Assembly (NCBI GenBank): GCA_015062285.1
Contig: SUUY01000002.1
Span: 52,114 to 116,113, forward strand
Reading direction: 5' to 3'
Origin: Alphaproteobacteria bacterium
GTDB lineage: Bacteria; Pseudomonadota; Alphaproteobacteria; RF32; CAG-239
Length of the DNA stretch: 64,000 nt
Below the pieces are notes generated by a model that had not been told where the DNA came from, made no database searches, and worked only from the letters and a program-made list of their open reading frames with translations. The position numbers and the translations under genes were made by a program. Shown piece by piece: positions 10,607 to 22,210 of this stretch (position 1 is its first letter; each line of letters begins with the position of its first letter).

Positions 10607-10870
10607 ATGATTATGATTAAAAACAATGAAAAAGCCATTCAAGAAGCAGCTTATTTCATTTGGCAAAATGCCGGTTGCCCGCAAGGACAAGACGAGTATT
10701 TTTGGTCTATGGCTGTAGAGCAAATTAACAATAGCTGCAAAAAATCTTGCAGTTCTAAAAAGAGCTCTTCTTGCAAGGTTTCAGCAAGCTCAAAAACTTC
10801 TTCTTCTAAGAAGTCTACAGCTTCTGTAAAATCTGCAAAAACAACAAAAACAGCTAAAAAATCTAAGTAG
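10607..10870 (+). CDS. DUF2934-like small protein with Lys/Ser-rich basic tail
   Basis: IQEAAYFIWQNAGCPQGQDEYFWSMAVEQI fits the DUF2934 pattern (AY.IWE..G.P.G.D..HW..AE); RBS ggag before ATG 10607/10613. Confidence 0.75.
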   Translation: MIMIKNNEKAIQEAAYFIWQNAGCPQGQDEYFWSMAVEQINNSCKKSCSSKKSSSCKVSASSKTSSSKKSTASVKSAKTTKTAKKSK

Positions 10871-10890
10871 TTTTGGCTTTTGTAAATTGC

Positions 10891-10919
10891 AAAAAACTCC
10901 GCTTTCTGCGGAGTTTTTT
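10891..10919. terminator. Bidirectional intrinsic terminator
   Basis: aaaaaactccgc-tttct-gcggagttttt between convergent genes. Confidence 0.85.
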
Positions 10920-12234
10920 ATTGCGTTTTTTTGCTGAAAATTATCCAACCTTTAACATTTTTATCGCCTTCTTTTCGTAATATACACGGAGCAAATTTCG
11001 TGTGACAAAAACCTGTTTCAGAAAGCAGATTTTTGATATAATTCTTACTATGCAAAAAACGCCCTGACAGATGTTGTTTCCACATAGAATCTGACGTTGA
11101 TAATTCACTTATGCTAAATGCGATTATGCTATCTTTTTTTAGCGAATTGTACATACCTTCAAACAATTTTTTCAGATCACCGAAATAAGTAAAAACATCT
11201 GCGGCGACAATCATTTCATATTTATTTTTTTGCTCAAATAAATATGTTTCTATGTCTGCATTTATAAGCTTTTTATATATGTTTTTTGCAGCTGCCTGTT
11301 CCAACATTTTTGATGATATATCTACACCATAAAACACAGCATTTTTGAATGTTTTTTTCATACTTTGTGCACATAGTCCGGTACCGCATCCAAGATCCAA
11401 AATAGATATTTTTTTATCGAGGATATCCTGCATATTTATTTTTGTAATTTGAGATATTTTTGTTGGTACAATATAGTCTAAATTACGCAACACATCATCA
11501 AAAGAATCCGCAAATTCATCGAATATTTTTTTTATATACAACGAATCCGATTTACTAGAATCCGATGATGAAAAAAAACAGTTTCGCACTTGCTGTACAA
11601 TAATATTTTGTGAATATTTTTGATACCATTTTTTTAGAGTCGGAATTACACATTCTTTACCGCTTTCAACAGCAATTTCATACAATGCATATGCCATATT
11701 AAGATGCTGAGAATCTGCACCATTACTTATTTCCACAGCTTTTAATGCTGCATCTAAAGCAGATTGATAGTGTTTGTTTTTTTGCGCTGCTTGTGACAGT
11801 AAATTCCATGCCCAATAATTATCTTTTTCCAAGCTTAAAAAACGATATAAATGCTCTTCTGATAAGGCATAATTTTCTTGCGCAAAATATAGTTTTCCCC
11901 ATAAAAAATCAGCATATCGAATCGGCTCTATTTTTTTGATAACATCTTGAGCCTGAGCATATTTTTTTTGAATTATATATATATCTGCAATATTAATTCG
12001 AGCCACTAAATGTTGCGAATCAATATCTAAAACCTGATGATACAAATCGCATGCTTGAGAATAATTCTGCAGGGCATAATATATATTAGCTAACAGCAAT
12101 ATGGCCGGTACATTTTCGGGGGCTTTTTTTATACATTTTTGAGCATATTTTAAGGCAATGGAATATTCTTGTTTCTGATAACAATCATAAGCCATTTCAT
12201 ATAAATATTTTTGAGATCTGAATGCTACTAACAA
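10918..12234 (-). CDS. TPR-repeat class I SAM-dependent methyltransferase
   Basis: N-terminal TPR repeats; YIKKIFDEFADSFD, ILDLGCGTGL, GVDISSKML, AADVFTYFGDL, SGRFLHS. Confidence 0.88.
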   Translation of the reverse strand: MLVAFRSQKYLYEMAYDCYQKQEYSIALKYAQKCIKKAPENVPAILLLANIYYALQNYSQACDLYHQVLDIDSQHLVARINIADIYIIQKKYAQAQDVIKKIEPIRYADFLWGKLYFAQENYALSEEHLYRFLSLEKDNYWAWNLLSQAAQKNKHYQSALDAALKAVEISNGADSQHLNMAYALYEIAVESGKECVIPTLKKWYQKYSQNIIVQQVRNCFFSSSDSSKSDSLYIKKIFDEFADSFDDVLRNLDYIVPTKISQITKINMQDILDKKISILDLGCGTGLCAQSMKKTFKNAVFYGVDISSKMLEQAAAKNIYKKLINADIETYLFEQKNKYEMIVAADVFTYFGDLKKLFEGMYNSLKKDSIIAFSISELSTSDSMWKQHLSGRFLHSKNYIKNLLSETGFCHTKFAPCILRKEGDKNVKGWIIFSKKTQ

Positions 12235-12301
12235 AAGCTTAACCTTAATTTATATATTTTATTGCTATAATATACAGATACGCGTGAATAAGAGGTTAAT
12301 A

Positions 12302-13627
12302 ATGCAATATTCTTATCGAAAAATTTTGGAGATTTCCCTGCCTATTTTGTTGGGTATGATTATCCACCAAATGGTAGGAATGACTGATACCGCATTTTTG
12401 GGAAGAGTTGGAGCTATTGAGCTTGGAGCGTCTGCTTTGGCAGGTGTTTTTTATATAATGGTGTTTATGCTTGCGGCCGGATTTGGAATTGGTGTGCAGA
12501 TAATTATTTCTCGTCGAAACGGTGAAAAAAATTTTGAAAAAATCGGTGGTGTTGTATACCAGGGAATCAGTTTTTTATTTATTGCAGCAATTGTTATTAT
12601 AGCAGCAACTTTTCTTTTTTCCCCCTATATTTTAAAACAAATAATATCATCAGATGAAGTTTTTCGAGAAACCCTTGTTTATCTTGATGTGCGAATTTAT
12701 GGATTATTATTTGCTTTTCCGATGGTAATATTCAGATCGTTTTTTATTGGCATTACACAAACAAAAGTTTTGACATATAATGCCTTTATTATCTTAGGAA
12801 TAAATATTGTTTTAGACTATCTTTTGATTTTTGGAAAATTTGGTTTTCCGGAAATGGGAATTGCAGGTGCAGCCTTGGCATCGGTTATTGCCGAGTGTTC
12901 TGCTACTGTGTTTTTTGTAATTTATATATTACTTAATATAGACTTGAAAAAATATGGTTTCCTGAACTTTATTGTTTATAAAATAACAATCCTCAAACAA
13001 ATTTTGCGATTATCTGTTTGGACGATGTTGCAATATTTTATTTCTATGGCAACTTGGTTTTTATTTTTGATTGCGATAGAAAACTTAGGAGAAGAATCGC
13101 TTGCAATTTCCAATATACTTCGTAACGTTTCCAGTTTTCCGTTTATGATTGTGGCGGCATTGGGTGCAACTGCCAATACCATAACCGGTAATCTGATTGG
13201 CGAAGGGTTAGACTCTGAAGTAAAAAAATCATCTTTGCGAGTAGTTAAACTTACTTATATTGCAGTTCTGGGGTTAAGTGTTATTATGTTGGCATTTCCA
13301 CAAACAATTTGCCGGATATACACCGATGATTTGGAGCTGATTAAAAAAGGACTTGCCGCATATTATGCATCATTTACCACATATATAACTTTGGTTCCGG
13401 GAATGATATTGCTAAGCGTAATTTCCGGTACAGGCAAAACTAAAGAAGCCATGTATTTAGAAATGGTATCTTTAATAGCATATACTTTAAATGTCTGGTA
13501 TGTGGTGATATATTTGCGTGCTGATTTGTATATTTGTTGGACCTGTGAGCATTCTTACAATATTTTGCTAAGTATACTTACATACGTATATTTGAAGCGA
13601 AACAAATGGTGCTGTCAAATTGTATAA
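12302..13627 (+). CDS. MATE family efflux transporter
   Basis: About 12 TM segments; DTAFLGRVG..ELGA, NIVLDYLLIFGKFGFPEMGIAGAALASVIAE. Confidence 0.93.
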   Translation: MQYSYRKILEISLPILLGMIIHQMVGMTDTAFLGRVGAIELGASALAGVFYIMVFMLAAGFGIGVQIIISRRNGEKNFEKIGGVVYQGISFLFIAAIVIIAATFLFSPYILKQIISSDEVFRETLVYLDVRIYGLLFAFPMVIFRSFFIGITQTKVLTYNAFIILGINIVLDYLLIFGKFGFPEMGIAGAALASVIAECSATVFFVIYILLNIDLKKYGFLNFIVYKITILKQILRLSVWTMLQYFISMATWFLFLIAIENLGEESLAISNILRNVSSFPFMIVAALGATANTITGNLIGEGLDSEVKKSSLRVVKLTYIAVLGLSVIMLAFPQTICRIYTDDLELIKKGLAAYYASFTTYITLVPGMILLSVISGTGKTKEAMYLEMVSLIAYTLNVWYVVIYLRADLYICWTCEHSYNILLSILTYVYLKRNKWCCQIV

Positions 13628-13656
13628 AAAAAAGCTCCGAATTTATTTCGGAGCTT
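13626..13656. terminator. Terminator between MATE gene and tRNA-Leu
   Basis: A-run then aagctccgaa-ttta-ttcggagctt-type hairpin. Confidence 0.75.
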
Positions 13657-13661
13657 ACCAA

Positions 13662-13747
13662 TGGTAGGGGTAGTCAGACTCGAACTGACACGGCCTGAGG
13701 CCACAAGATTTTGAGTCTAGCGCGTCTACCAGTTCCGCCATACCCCC
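13662..13747 (-). tRNA. tRNA-Leu (CAA)
   Basis: Minus strand GGGGGTATGGCGGAACTGGTAGACGCGCTAGACTCAAAATCTTGTGGCCTCAGGCCGTGTCAGTTCGAGTCTGACTACCCCTACCA: long variable arm, GTTCGA T-loop, encoded CCA. Confidence 0.95.
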
Positions 13748-13814
13748 ATCGGTCGACTAGATTGATAATATATTTAATTCTTCCAGTCAACAATTTTTTG
13801 CAAAAAAATTAAAA

Positions 13815-14192
13815 TTATTTTGCCTCTTCGCCTTCTGATCCAGACAAACCCTTGGCTATGTTCATGTTTATATTAATCAATATATCTAATTTTTGCGGTT
13901 CAGGTGTAGCCAAAATGTCCACAGTTCTTTGGAAAACAAACATTGCTAAAGATAATATATTTCTTCTGATTTCTTTAGGCTGTGGACAATCATCTTCTTG
14001 CATGGCCGATGCTAATATTGCCCATAGTTTGCGATTTTTTTCTAATACTTCTCCCAGCTCACTTCTACGCTCATTCCAGTTTTCCTTAATTTGGTTTAGA
14101 CCTGAAGCTGTACGCACTAAAGCTCTGCTCTCAAGTTCTGCTTGACCAAGTCCGGATACCTCTATTTGTGAATAGCTCTGCGAGTGATCCAT
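13815..14192 (-). CDS. flaF: Flagellar biosynthesis regulator FlaF family protein
   Basis: E..AL, NRKLW, P.P.EIR.NILSLAMFV, LININMNIAKGL pattern of FlaF. Confidence 0.8.
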   Translation of the reverse strand: MDHSQSYSQIEVSGLGQAELESRALVRTASGLNQIKENWNERRSELGEVLEKNRKLWAILASAMQEDDCPQPKEIRRNILSLAMFVFQRTVDILATPEPQKLDILININMNIAKGLSGSEGEEAK

Positions 14193-14304
14193 TTGAAATT
14201 ATTTCCTTATAAAAAAATAAAAGTTTTTTTAACATAATTGCACTATTATTATAAATAGGTATGGTTACTCAATAGTAAATTTTTGTTTGTTTTAGGATCA
14301 ATTA

Positions 14305-15165
14305 ATGAAAAAAAATTGTTTTTTTGCAATAATCTTGGGAATAAGTGTATTATTAACAGCTAATTCTTATGCTCTTTCGATTAGTGAATTTCGTCCCCAA
14401 AATAAGCATAAGGAAATTATTGCAACCGGATTTACAGAATATCCGCCATTTGGATATTCTGTGAAAAATAAAAGAGGCGAAGATATCTTGGCCAGTATAT
14501 TCAAACCTATTTTAGACAATATGGCAATTGATAATAACTGGACACCGACATATGTGCTTTATAAAGACTATGACAGACAAGTGTTAGAAGTTAAACGAGG
14601 TAATATTGATGTTATTCTGGGTGCGTACCATGACACAACTTTGTATGATGGTATTGAATTGGTATACCCTGCCGCGATTATAAACCCGATAACAGTATTT
14701 ATGCTTCCAAACAGAATTAGTGAAGTGAAAAGCACCGAAGACTTGCAAAAATTAAAAGGGGTTAGAGTTAAACATGAAGTTTATTCAAATTTCGTTGAAA
14801 AACAACTACAATTTTATGATATCGAATCGGTAGATACTACCTATGAACTATTTGAAAGATTGTTTACAAAAAAAGCTGATTATATTCTGATTGGACAATA
14901 TTATGGTTTAATTGAAGCATCAAAGCTAGGCGTGAGAAACCAAATAAGTGTAGCCAGACAAACATTGTGGCAAATGCCGATGTTTATTGGGGTATCAAAA
15001 TTATCACAGTATCGTAAAATGTTGGTGCAAAAAATCGCAAATCATTTGAATGTTCCGGCAAATATTGAAGAAATAAAACAAAAAATCATTCAAATGGTTG
15101 ATAAAGCAGAAATTGATGCTCAGGGGGTTGTTCCTCCAACCTTTGGAATGGAACAAGAACAATAA
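14305..15165 (+). CDS. Periplasmic substrate-binding protein, amino-acid (SBP_bac_3-like) family
   Basis: Signal peptide, EYPPFGY, VKRGNIDVILG, EDLQKLKG; no adjacent permease. Confidence 0.7.
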   Translation: MKKNCFFAIILGISVLLTANSYALSISEFRPQNKHKEIIATGFTEYPPFGYSVKNKRGEDILASIFKPILDNMAIDNNWTPTYVLYKDYDRQVLEVKRGNIDVILGAYHDTTLYDGIELVYPAAIINPITVFMLPNRISEVKSTEDLQKLKGVRVKHEVYSNFVEKQLQFYDIESVDTTYELFERLFTKKADYILIGQYYGLIEASKLGVRNQISVARQTLWQMPMFIGVSKLSQYRKMLVQKIANHLNVPANIEEIKQKIIQMVDKAEIDAQGVVPPTFGMEQEQ

Positions 15166-15227
15166 CATCCTTGACCTTTGAAACGAATCGGATATTATAA
15201 AACTATATTTCGAAAGTAAGAGTAGCC

Positions 15228-15893
15228 ATGGTTTTATTGATCCATCATCCGTCATCGCAATATTCTCGTAAAATTCGCTTGCAAATGAGTGAAAAGCGTA
15301 TGTTGTTTGTTTTACGCGAAGAAGAACCTTGGAAACTGTCGGAAGACTTCTTAAAGCTGAATCCTGCCGGTGAATTTCCCGTGTTTTTGAACGATGGAAA
15401 AATAATATCGGGAAACTATGCAATTTGTGAATATTTGGAAGAAACATACACCGATGTCCCGTTGATATTCGGCGATGCAAACCAAAAGGCTGAAATTAGG
15501 CGTTTATGCGACTGGTTTGACTATAAATTCACCAGAGATGTATATAAAAATATTGTAAATGAAAAAATATACAAAAGGTTTGCCTTTGGGTATGCTCCGG
15601 ATTCAAAAATATTGAAAAGCGGACTAAACAACTTAAACTATCACTTAGAATACATAGAATGGTTACTGGACAGACGACAATACTTGGCTACTGATACCAT
15701 TTCTTTGGCTGACCTTTCTGCTGCTTCTCAGCTTTCGATTTTGGACTATTTAGGTTGCGTTCCTTGGGAAGATTTTAAGAGTGCAAAAATTTGGTATTCT
15801 AAAATGAAATCAAGACCATCTTTTAAGGAAATCCTAAAGGATAGCATTAAAGGTATACTACCTGCTAAGCACTACGCAAATTTGGACTTTTGA
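15228..15893 (+). CDS. fzlA: FtsZ-binding glutathione S-transferase-like protein FzlA
   Basis: SRKIRL, LNPAGEFPV, AICEYLEE, SLADLSAA..S.LDYLG.VPW, KSRPSF, C-terminal HYANLDF. Confidence 0.85.
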   Translation: MVLLIHHPSSQYSRKIRLQMSEKRMLFVLREEEPWKLSEDFLKLNPAGEFPVFLNDGKIISGNYAICEYLEETYTDVPLIFGDANQKAEIRRLCDWFDYKFTRDVYKNIVNEKIYKRFAFGYAPDSKILKSGLNNLNYHLEYIEWLLDRRQYLATDTISLADLSAASQLSILDYLGCVPWEDFKSAKIWYSKMKSRPSFKEILKDSIKGILPAKHYANLDF

Positions 15894-15903
15894 GAGAACC
15901 ATC

Positions 15904-16383
15904 ATGCGAAAAAAACTTTTATTTATTGCCTCATATCTTTTTCTTTGTTCTTGCACAATGCTGTCTTTGGGACGGGGTCAAATTGTGTTTCACTGGGAAA
16001 AAACAAATACCGGTGTAGAAAAATTTTCTCGAGATCATGCTGATTGTCTTATTGTAGCAAAAGAATTTACATTTATGCCCGATTTCAGGTCTTGGTTCTA
16101 TTCAGAAGAAACAAAACTCAATACTCGCGCTGATTGGAGATCTGACAAAGGTATTTGGGCTAGTTATATTCCCTATCCCGGTGCTCAGCCTTTAATTGTA
16201 AACTCACGATATGACGATAGTGATATTGACCCTGCAGATTATAGAAATTGCATGATAAAAAAAGGATACTGGAGAAGAGAACATACTATTCCTGAAATTA
16301 CAAATATAAACCTTTATCATTCTCGTTGGCCCGCATTTATACGTAATATATTCGGAACTACCGAGTATTATCAGCCTGAATAG
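15904..16383 (+). CDS. Hypothetical lipoprotein
   Basis: Lipobox-like LCSC after a basic/hydrophobic N-terminus; Cys pair (RDHADC...YRNCM..KGY). Confidence 0.65.
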   Translation: MRKKLLFIASYLFLCSCTMLSLGRGQIVFHWEKTNTGVEKFSRDHADCLIVAKEFTFMPDFRSWFYSEETKLNTRADWRSDKGIWASYIPYPGAQPLIVNSRYDDSDIDPADYRNCMIKKGYWRREHTIPEITNINLYHSRWPAFIRNIFGTTEYYQPE

Positions 16384-17779
16384 AGTATCCGCCTCCAACA
16401 GCTTTATAAAAACTTATTATATTGCTTAACACCATTGCGTTGCTGACAATGTTTGCATTTTGGGCTGATAGTAAGTTTTGTTGAGAGGTTAACACATCAC
16501 TAAAGGCTAACAACCCCTGCTTATATTTATCTAAACTTAAATAAGCTACTTCTTCTTGTGATTTTAGAGCCTGTAATGTAGATTGATTACGTTCATATTC
16601 TTTTTGAACTGATGTAACCGCATTTTTTACATCGGCAACTGCAGTTATCAGACTTTCTCGGTAAACTTCCAATCGTTCGTCCTTAAGATATTTTTGCAGC
16701 AATACGTTGTTATATAGAGCTCCCCAATGAAACAACGGCATATTTATGGCCGGAGAATAACTGTAAGCATCTTTTTTTGAGCTTATCAAATTTGATATAT
16801 TTGCAGACTGCCAGCCGAAAAAGGCTTTTATGCTTACAGAAGGAAACATTGATGCAATGGCCTGCCCGATAGCTGCATTTTGAGCCACTAAATTTGCTTC
16901 CGCGACCTTCACATCCGGACGGTTTCGGATACTACTTACCGGAAGATTATATAAATTTTCCATATCAAAAGAATATAAATTTGCAACTATATTCTTATTA
17001 GGATTATCCAGCAACTCATCCAAATCGCCAGACAAAGATCCAACCAAGGTTGTAAGAGCATTTTTATAGGAAACTATTCCTGTTTCTAACTGTGGAATTT
17101 GACTTCGTGTATTTTCTAAAACATATTTTGCTTGCTCTAAGGATATATCATCAGCTAATCCGGCTTTGTTTTTCTGCTTTACAAGATCAAAAATTTCTTG
17201 CTGCAACACTACGTTTTTATTTGCTATTTGCAGTTGTTGTTGAAACTGACGCAATAAGAAATAGTTATTTGCAATTTCTGCCGTTAAACTAAGCCTGACA
17301 TTATCTAAATTTGCAGCAGAAGCTACAACAAGTGCTAATGATTGCTCATTTAAACGTCGCCCACCGCCCCATATATCAATTTCCCACGAAGCATCAAAAC
17401 CAGCTTGATAGTAGTCAGTTTTTGCCAAAGCACCATAACTTATACTGTCTTTGCCGTAATTATAGCTACCTGCAGCATCTAACAACGGCAAATTTTCTGT
17501 CATGTTAATTTTAAGGTTTTGCCTTGACTGGCGAAGCTTGTAAATTGCAACATTTATGCTCGGACTATTGTTTTGACCTCTGGCAATAAGGCTATTTAGA
17601 ATTGGATCATTAAATTGAAGATACCATTCTTTGTTTATTGACGATTTAGCATCATTTAGTCCTAACCTTGCGGCAATTTGATTGTCACTATAAAATTGTG
17701 GGCGTTTATAATCAGGGCCGACAGTACAAGATGATAGCAAAACAACAGATGTCATTAATAACACTTTATATGTTTTCAT
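16358..17779 (-). CDS. RND efflux outer membrane lipoprotein (OprM/NodT family)
   Basis: [13 protein letters not shown] lipobox, [24 protein letters not shown]; start set to ATG 17779 (RBS ggagg). Confidence 0.93.
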   Translation of the reverse strand: MKTYKVLLMTSVVLLSSCTVGPDYKRPQFYSDNQIAARLGLNDAKSSINKEWYLQFNDPILNSLIARGQNNSPSINVAIYKLRQSRQNLKINMTENLPLLDAAGSYNYGKDSISYGALAKTDYYQAGFDASWEIDIWGGGRRLNEQSLALVVASAANLDNVRLSLTAEIANNYFLLRQFQQQLQIANKNVVLQQEIFDLVKQKNKAGLADDISLEQAKYVLENTRSQIPQLETGIVSYKNALTTLVGSLSGDLDELLDNPNKNIVANLYSFDMENLYNLPVSSIRNRPDVKVAEANLVAQNAAIGQAIASMFPSVSIKAFFGWQSANISNLISSKKDAYSYSPAINMPLFHWGALYNNVLLQKYLKDERLEVYRESLITAVADVKNAVTSVQKEYERNQSTLQALKSQEEVAYLSLDKYKQGLLAFSDVLTSQQNLLSAQNANIVSNAMVLSNIISFYKAVGGGYSIQADNTR

Positions 17780-20700
17780 GATCACCTCCGTCTTTTTTAT
17801 TACTTTTATTACTCCACTCTTTAATTGTTTCAAACAAAGCAAACAATGCCGGAATAAAAATTATACCAACAAATGTAGCAAATATCATTCCATAAAAAAC
17901 CGGTGTTCCAATGGCAATTTGGCTTGATGCTCCGGCACCTTTGGCAACAATCATCGGGAAAACGCCCAAAATAAATGTTAGTGCGGTCATAAGTACTGCT
18001 CTAAATCTTTCTTCTGCGCCTTTTTTAGATGCATCTAAGATAGTGTCACCTTGCTCACGATATGATTTGGTAAATTCCACAATTAAAATAGCATTTTTGG
18101 CGGCCAGGCCTATCAACATTATCAAACCTAATTGTGCATAAATACTCAATGATTGCCCCATTACATGCAAACCGATAATTGCTCCTAAAATAGCAAATAC
18201 AGTTGAAAACATAACAGCAAATGCAAGCATCCAGCTTTCATATAAAGCGACCAAAAACAAATAGCAAAACACCAAAGCTAAAGCTATTAAGAGAACCGCC
18301 AATCCAGATGCTTCTACTTCTTGCAAACTTAATCCTGTCCAAGCAATTTCGAATATGGAAGGAAGTGAAGATTGTTTTATTTGCTCAATATTGCCTATGG
18401 CTGTTCCCGAACTGACTTCAGGTGTTGTTTGGGCTGTAATTGCAGCTGCAGTATATTGATTATATCTTGAAATTATTTTTGGTGATAAAACAATTTTAGC
18501 GTCAGCAAAGCTTTTTACCTTTATAAGTTGGTTATCTTGAGTTCTGACATAAATGTTTTCTACGTCTTCAATACTCTGACGATAATCAGAATCTGCTTGA
18601 ACAATAACCTTGTTTACCTGACCGCTTAAGGTAATATTATTTACGTAACGGGACCCAAGGTTACTAGAAAGAGCTGCAAAAAGATTAGCAACCGGTATTT
18701 TGTAACTTTCTAACTTAGTCCTATCGATATCCAAATATATGTGCGGAGTATCTGCGGTAAATGTACTGAAGGCATAGGCTAGATCAGGTGACGCGTTGAG
18801 CTTACCTAAGAATATTCCTAAGTTCTTAAACAAATCTGATGGTGTAGTTGAACCATCTGTTGCCAGTAGTTCCAAAGACAGACCATCGCTTTGACCGATA
18901 CCGGGAATGGCTGGCGGTGCAAAAAAGTTTATTTTGGCAATGGACGTACCAGCAAATTTCTTTATCAATCTTTGTGATATTGCCGATGATGACATTGATT
19001 TATCTTTACGTTCTGCCCACGGAGTTAGCCCGATTACGCCAAGAGCTACATTTTCGCCACCTCCTCCCAACATAGAGTAACCGGCAACCGAAATAAAATA
19101 TCTCACACCTTCCATTTTTAGCACTTGGGAAGATACGTCTGAAATAACCTGATTTGTTTGGTTTATAGTGGCGATATCGTCAAGTTGGATATTGGCAAAT
19201 ATAATACCTTGGTCTTCTTCCGGCAAAAATGAAGTTGCCGTCAGTTTAAAACTTATGCCCACAACAAAAATCGTTGCTAATACTATTATAGCCGTACCTT
19301 TTAAGTTGGAAGAAAACCATCCGACAACAACTAAATATTTTTGCTTAAAATAATCTATTGTTTCATCAAACCACCTAAAAAAACCTCGAGGTTGTTGCTG
19401 CTTGTCTTTTTCTAACAGCACCGAACATAATGCCGGACTTAAGGTTAGAGCATTAAAAGCAGAAAACACAACCGACGTTGCTATTGTTACGGCAAACTGT
19501 TGATATATCTTTCCTGTAATACCAGCCATGAGTCCTACGGGAATGAAAATTGATAACAAAACAAATGTTGTGGCAATAATGGCACTAGCAATTTGTTGCA
19601 TAGCTTTGACCGAGGCTTCTTTGGAGTTTAGCCCTTCATTTGCCATTAAATACTCTACTCGCTCGACCACAATAATCGCATCATCTACTACCAAACCGAT
19701 TGCTAAAATCATGGCAAATAAGGTCAATATATTTATATCAAATCCCAAAGCATAAATAACAGCAAATGTAGCAATTAAAGATACCGGAATAGTAATTAGA
19801 GGTATTAAGGTAGTATGCACTTTTTGCAAAAACACGTAGGTTATCAGTACAACCAAAGAAAATGTAATAACCAAAGTTTCAATAATACTCTCTATTGAAG
19901 CCCGCACAAAATCGGTAGAATCGTATGCAACCTTAAACTCAATATCTGCAGGAAATGTTTTACTTAGTTTTGTTATCTCTTTTTTGACATTGTCCATTGT
20001 GTGCAAAGAATTTGATCCAGGAGTTTGACTAAGCCCGATAATTACAGATGGTGTATCATTATATCCTGCCTGCATTTGATATGTATCAGCACCAAGCTCA
20101 ACTCTGGCAACATCTTTTAATCTTACAATTCCTCCGTTGGCAGATGTTGTTATTGCAATATTCTTAAAATCTTCGACTTTGTTTAACAAACCTTTTGCAG
20201 TTAAAGACAGTACAACAGATGTGCTTTTAGAACTGGGAGCGCTACCTATTGTTCCTATTGATGCTTGGACGTTTTGTTGTGATATGGCATTTATAATGTC
20301 GTTACTGTTCAAACCTAATGATGCTAATTTTTCCGGATTTATCCAAATACGCATTGAATATTGGGGGCCATATATAGAAACATCGCCTACCCCTTCTATA
20401 CGGCTTAAGGGATTTTGAATATTGGTATATGCAAAGTTACTCAAAAACAAATCATCATATGTATTGTTTGGAGAGCGAACAACTAGCATACCCAAAATAT
20501 TTGACATTTGTGTGGTTACTTCAAGGCCTTCTTTATTTACAATATCGGGTAATTGTGATGTTACTTGTTGCAAGCGATTTTGAACTTTTACCTGAGCAAT
20601 ATCAGGATCTGTTCCGATATTAAAAGTTATGGTTAATTCATAAGAACCATTGTCATCTGATGTCGAAGACATATATAGCATATCTTCCACACCGTTAATT

Positions 20701-20909
20701 TGATTTTCTATCGGGATTGCAACCGTATCTACCAAAACTTGAGCATTTGCACCGGGATATGTGGTTTTAACAACAATTTGCGGTGGAGTAATTTGAGGAT
20801 ATTGTGAAACCGGAAGCACAATTATTGCTAATAAACCAAGCAATATCATTATAATTGATATTACTCCGGCAAAACGAGGTCTGCTAATGAAATATTCTGA
20901 AAACATCAA
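17766..20909 (-). CDS. HAE1-family RND efflux permease (AcrB/BepE-like)
   Basis: [51 protein letters not shown]. Confidence 0.96.
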   Translation of the reverse strand: MMFSEYFISRPRFAGVISIIMILLGLLAIIVLPVSQYPQITPPQIVVKTTYPGANAQVLVDTVAIPIENQINGVEDMLYMSSTSDDNGSYELTITFNIGTDPDIAQVKVQNRLQQVTSQLPDIVNKEGLEVTTQMSNILGMLVVRSPNNTYDDLFLSNFAYTNIQNPLSRIEGVGDVSIYGPQYSMRIWINPEKLASLGLNSNDIINAISQQNVQASIGTIGSAPSSKSTSVVLSLTAKGLLNKVEDFKNIAITTSANGGIVRLKDVARVELGADTYQMQAGYNDTPSVIIGLSQTPGSNSLHTMDNVKKEITKLSKTFPADIEFKVAYDSTDFVRASIESIIETLVITFSLVVLITYVFLQKVHTTLIPLITIPVSLIATFAVIYALGFDINILTLFAMILAIGLVVDDAIIVVERVEYLMANEGLNSKEASVKAMQQIASAIIATTFVLLSIFIPVGLMAGITGKIYQQFAVTIATSVVFSAFNALTLSPALCSVLLEKDKQQQPRGFFRWFDETIDYFKQKYLVVVGWFSSNLKGTAIIVLATIFVVGISFKLTATSFLPEEDQGIIFANIQLDDIATINQTNQVISDVSSQVLKMEGVRYFISVAGYSMLGGGGENVALGVIGLTPWAERKDKSMSSSAISQRLIKKFAGTSIAKINFFAPPAIPGIGQSDGLSLELLATDGSTTPSDLFKNLGIFLGKLNASPDLAYAFSTFTADTPHIYLDIDRTKLESYKIPVANLFAALSSNLGSRYVNNITLSGQVNKVIVQADSDYRQSIEDVENIYVRTQDNQLIKVKSFADAKIVLSPKIISRYNQYTAAAITAQTTPEVSSGTAIGNIEQIKQSSLPSIFEIAWTGLSLQEVEASGLAVLLIALALVFCYLFLVALYESWMLAFAVMFSTVFAILGAIIGLHVMGQSLSIYAQLGLIMLIGLAAKNAILIVEFTKSYREQGDTILDASKKGAEERFRAVLMTALTFILGVFPMIVAKGAGASSQIAIGTPVFYGMIFATFVGIIFIPALFALFETIKEWSNKSNKKDGGDHENI

Positions 20910-22054
20910 TTATTATCTCCCGAATTTATTTTGAATTTAATTCTTGTGTCAGACGGAAGATTGTTTACTTTATCAATAACCAAATATTCGTTTGGGCCAA
21001 AATTGTCAGACAGCAAATATTTACCGTCTTTTTCACTTATAATTTTAACCGGCATTTTCACTAATTGTGAATTACGAATTATATAGACATAAGTTTCTTT
21101 GGGTGTCAGATATACGTAGTTTTGCTTTACCCAAAATCCGTTCTTAAATTCTTTGCTAACAAGCACATTTACATATGAGCCAGAGACTAAATCTCCTTTC
21201 GGATTGGCAAAATCGGCATAAACAGAAATTGATCCCGTTGACTTATCAACCATATTGTCCGTAAACTTAAATTTTCCTGTCTGAGTATATATATTGCCAT
21301 TAGCTAATTGCAGCTTAATTTTGCTATCGGAAAATAAATTATTCTTTCCTTGATTATATACAGCATCTAAATATTCTTTATCTGAAATAGAAAAAACAAC
21401 ACGGATAGGATCTGTTTGAACTATCGAAAAGAGAGCTCCTCCCGAAGGAGATACATAATTTCCTGGTGTTAGATCAACATTACCGACAACCCCATCTATG
21501 GTCGATTGCAACACAGTATAATCATAGATAACTTGTGCTTTGTTTTGTTCTGCTTTGGCTTGCTCAAGTGAGGCTAAAGCACTTAAATATGATGCTTTAG
21601 CTTTATCTAAATCTGTGGCAGAAATAGCTTTACTGCCTGCTTTTTTTATTCGTTGGTAATAAATATCGGCATTATTAAGATCAGCTTGTGCTTTTGCAGT
21701 AGTAGCTTTTGCTGCTTTTAGTACTGCATCATATTCCTGCTGATCGATTATTGCCAGAATATCTCCTATTTTTACATTTTGCCCACCCTCTACTAAAACA
21801 TCTTGAACATATCCACTTACATTAGGAAGTACATTAACCGATTTGATAGGTGTTATATAACCGATATGTGTTCTGGTAATTTCTGTATTCCTCGGTATAA
21901 TGGGAATTACATTAAGTATTGTTTCTTGGTCAGATGGTACACTATTGGATTGGGCTCTCTTTATGCCCATGATTATTAATAACACCATCGCAACCAGCAC
22001 GGCAAACAGTATATTGATGATTTTGTTTTCTTTATTTTTTACCGATAATACCAT
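20906..22054 (-). CDS. RND efflux periplasmic adaptor (MFP)
   Basis: N-terminal TM anchor, VSGYV..V.VEGGQ.VK.GD.L..ID, S.IDGVVG, DN.VD.STGSI; ATG 22054 after ggagg. Confidence 0.92.
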   Translation of the reverse strand: MVLSVKNKENKIINILFAVLVAMVLLIIMGIKRAQSNSVPSDQETILNVIPIIPRNTEITRTHIGYITPIKSVNVLPNVSGYVQDVLVEGGQNVKIGDILAIIDQQEYDAVLKAAKATTAKAQADLNNADIYYQRIKKAGSKAISATDLDKAKASYLSALASLEQAKAEQNKAQVIYDYTVLQSTIDGVVGNVDLTPGNYVSPSGGALFSIVQTDPIRVVFSISDKEYLDAVYNQGKNNLFSDSKIKLQLANGNIYTQTGKFKFTDNMVDKSTGSISVYADFANPKGDLVSGSYVNVLVSKEFKNGFWVKQNYVYLTPKETYVYIIRNSQLVKMPVKIISEKDGKYLLSDNFGPNEYLVIDKVNNLPSDTRIKFKINSGDNN

Positions 22055-22210
22055 TTTAGCCTCCAAACTATATTAAAATTTAAATAATTAGTATTTGGGC
22101 TTATTCAATATTGTTAATGTTGTTTATGCTTGGTTCTTTTTACTTGGAGGTTATTTTTTTTTGTTGTATGGTGGACTTAATTGCGTATAAACAGATTAGA
22201 GGATAATAAT

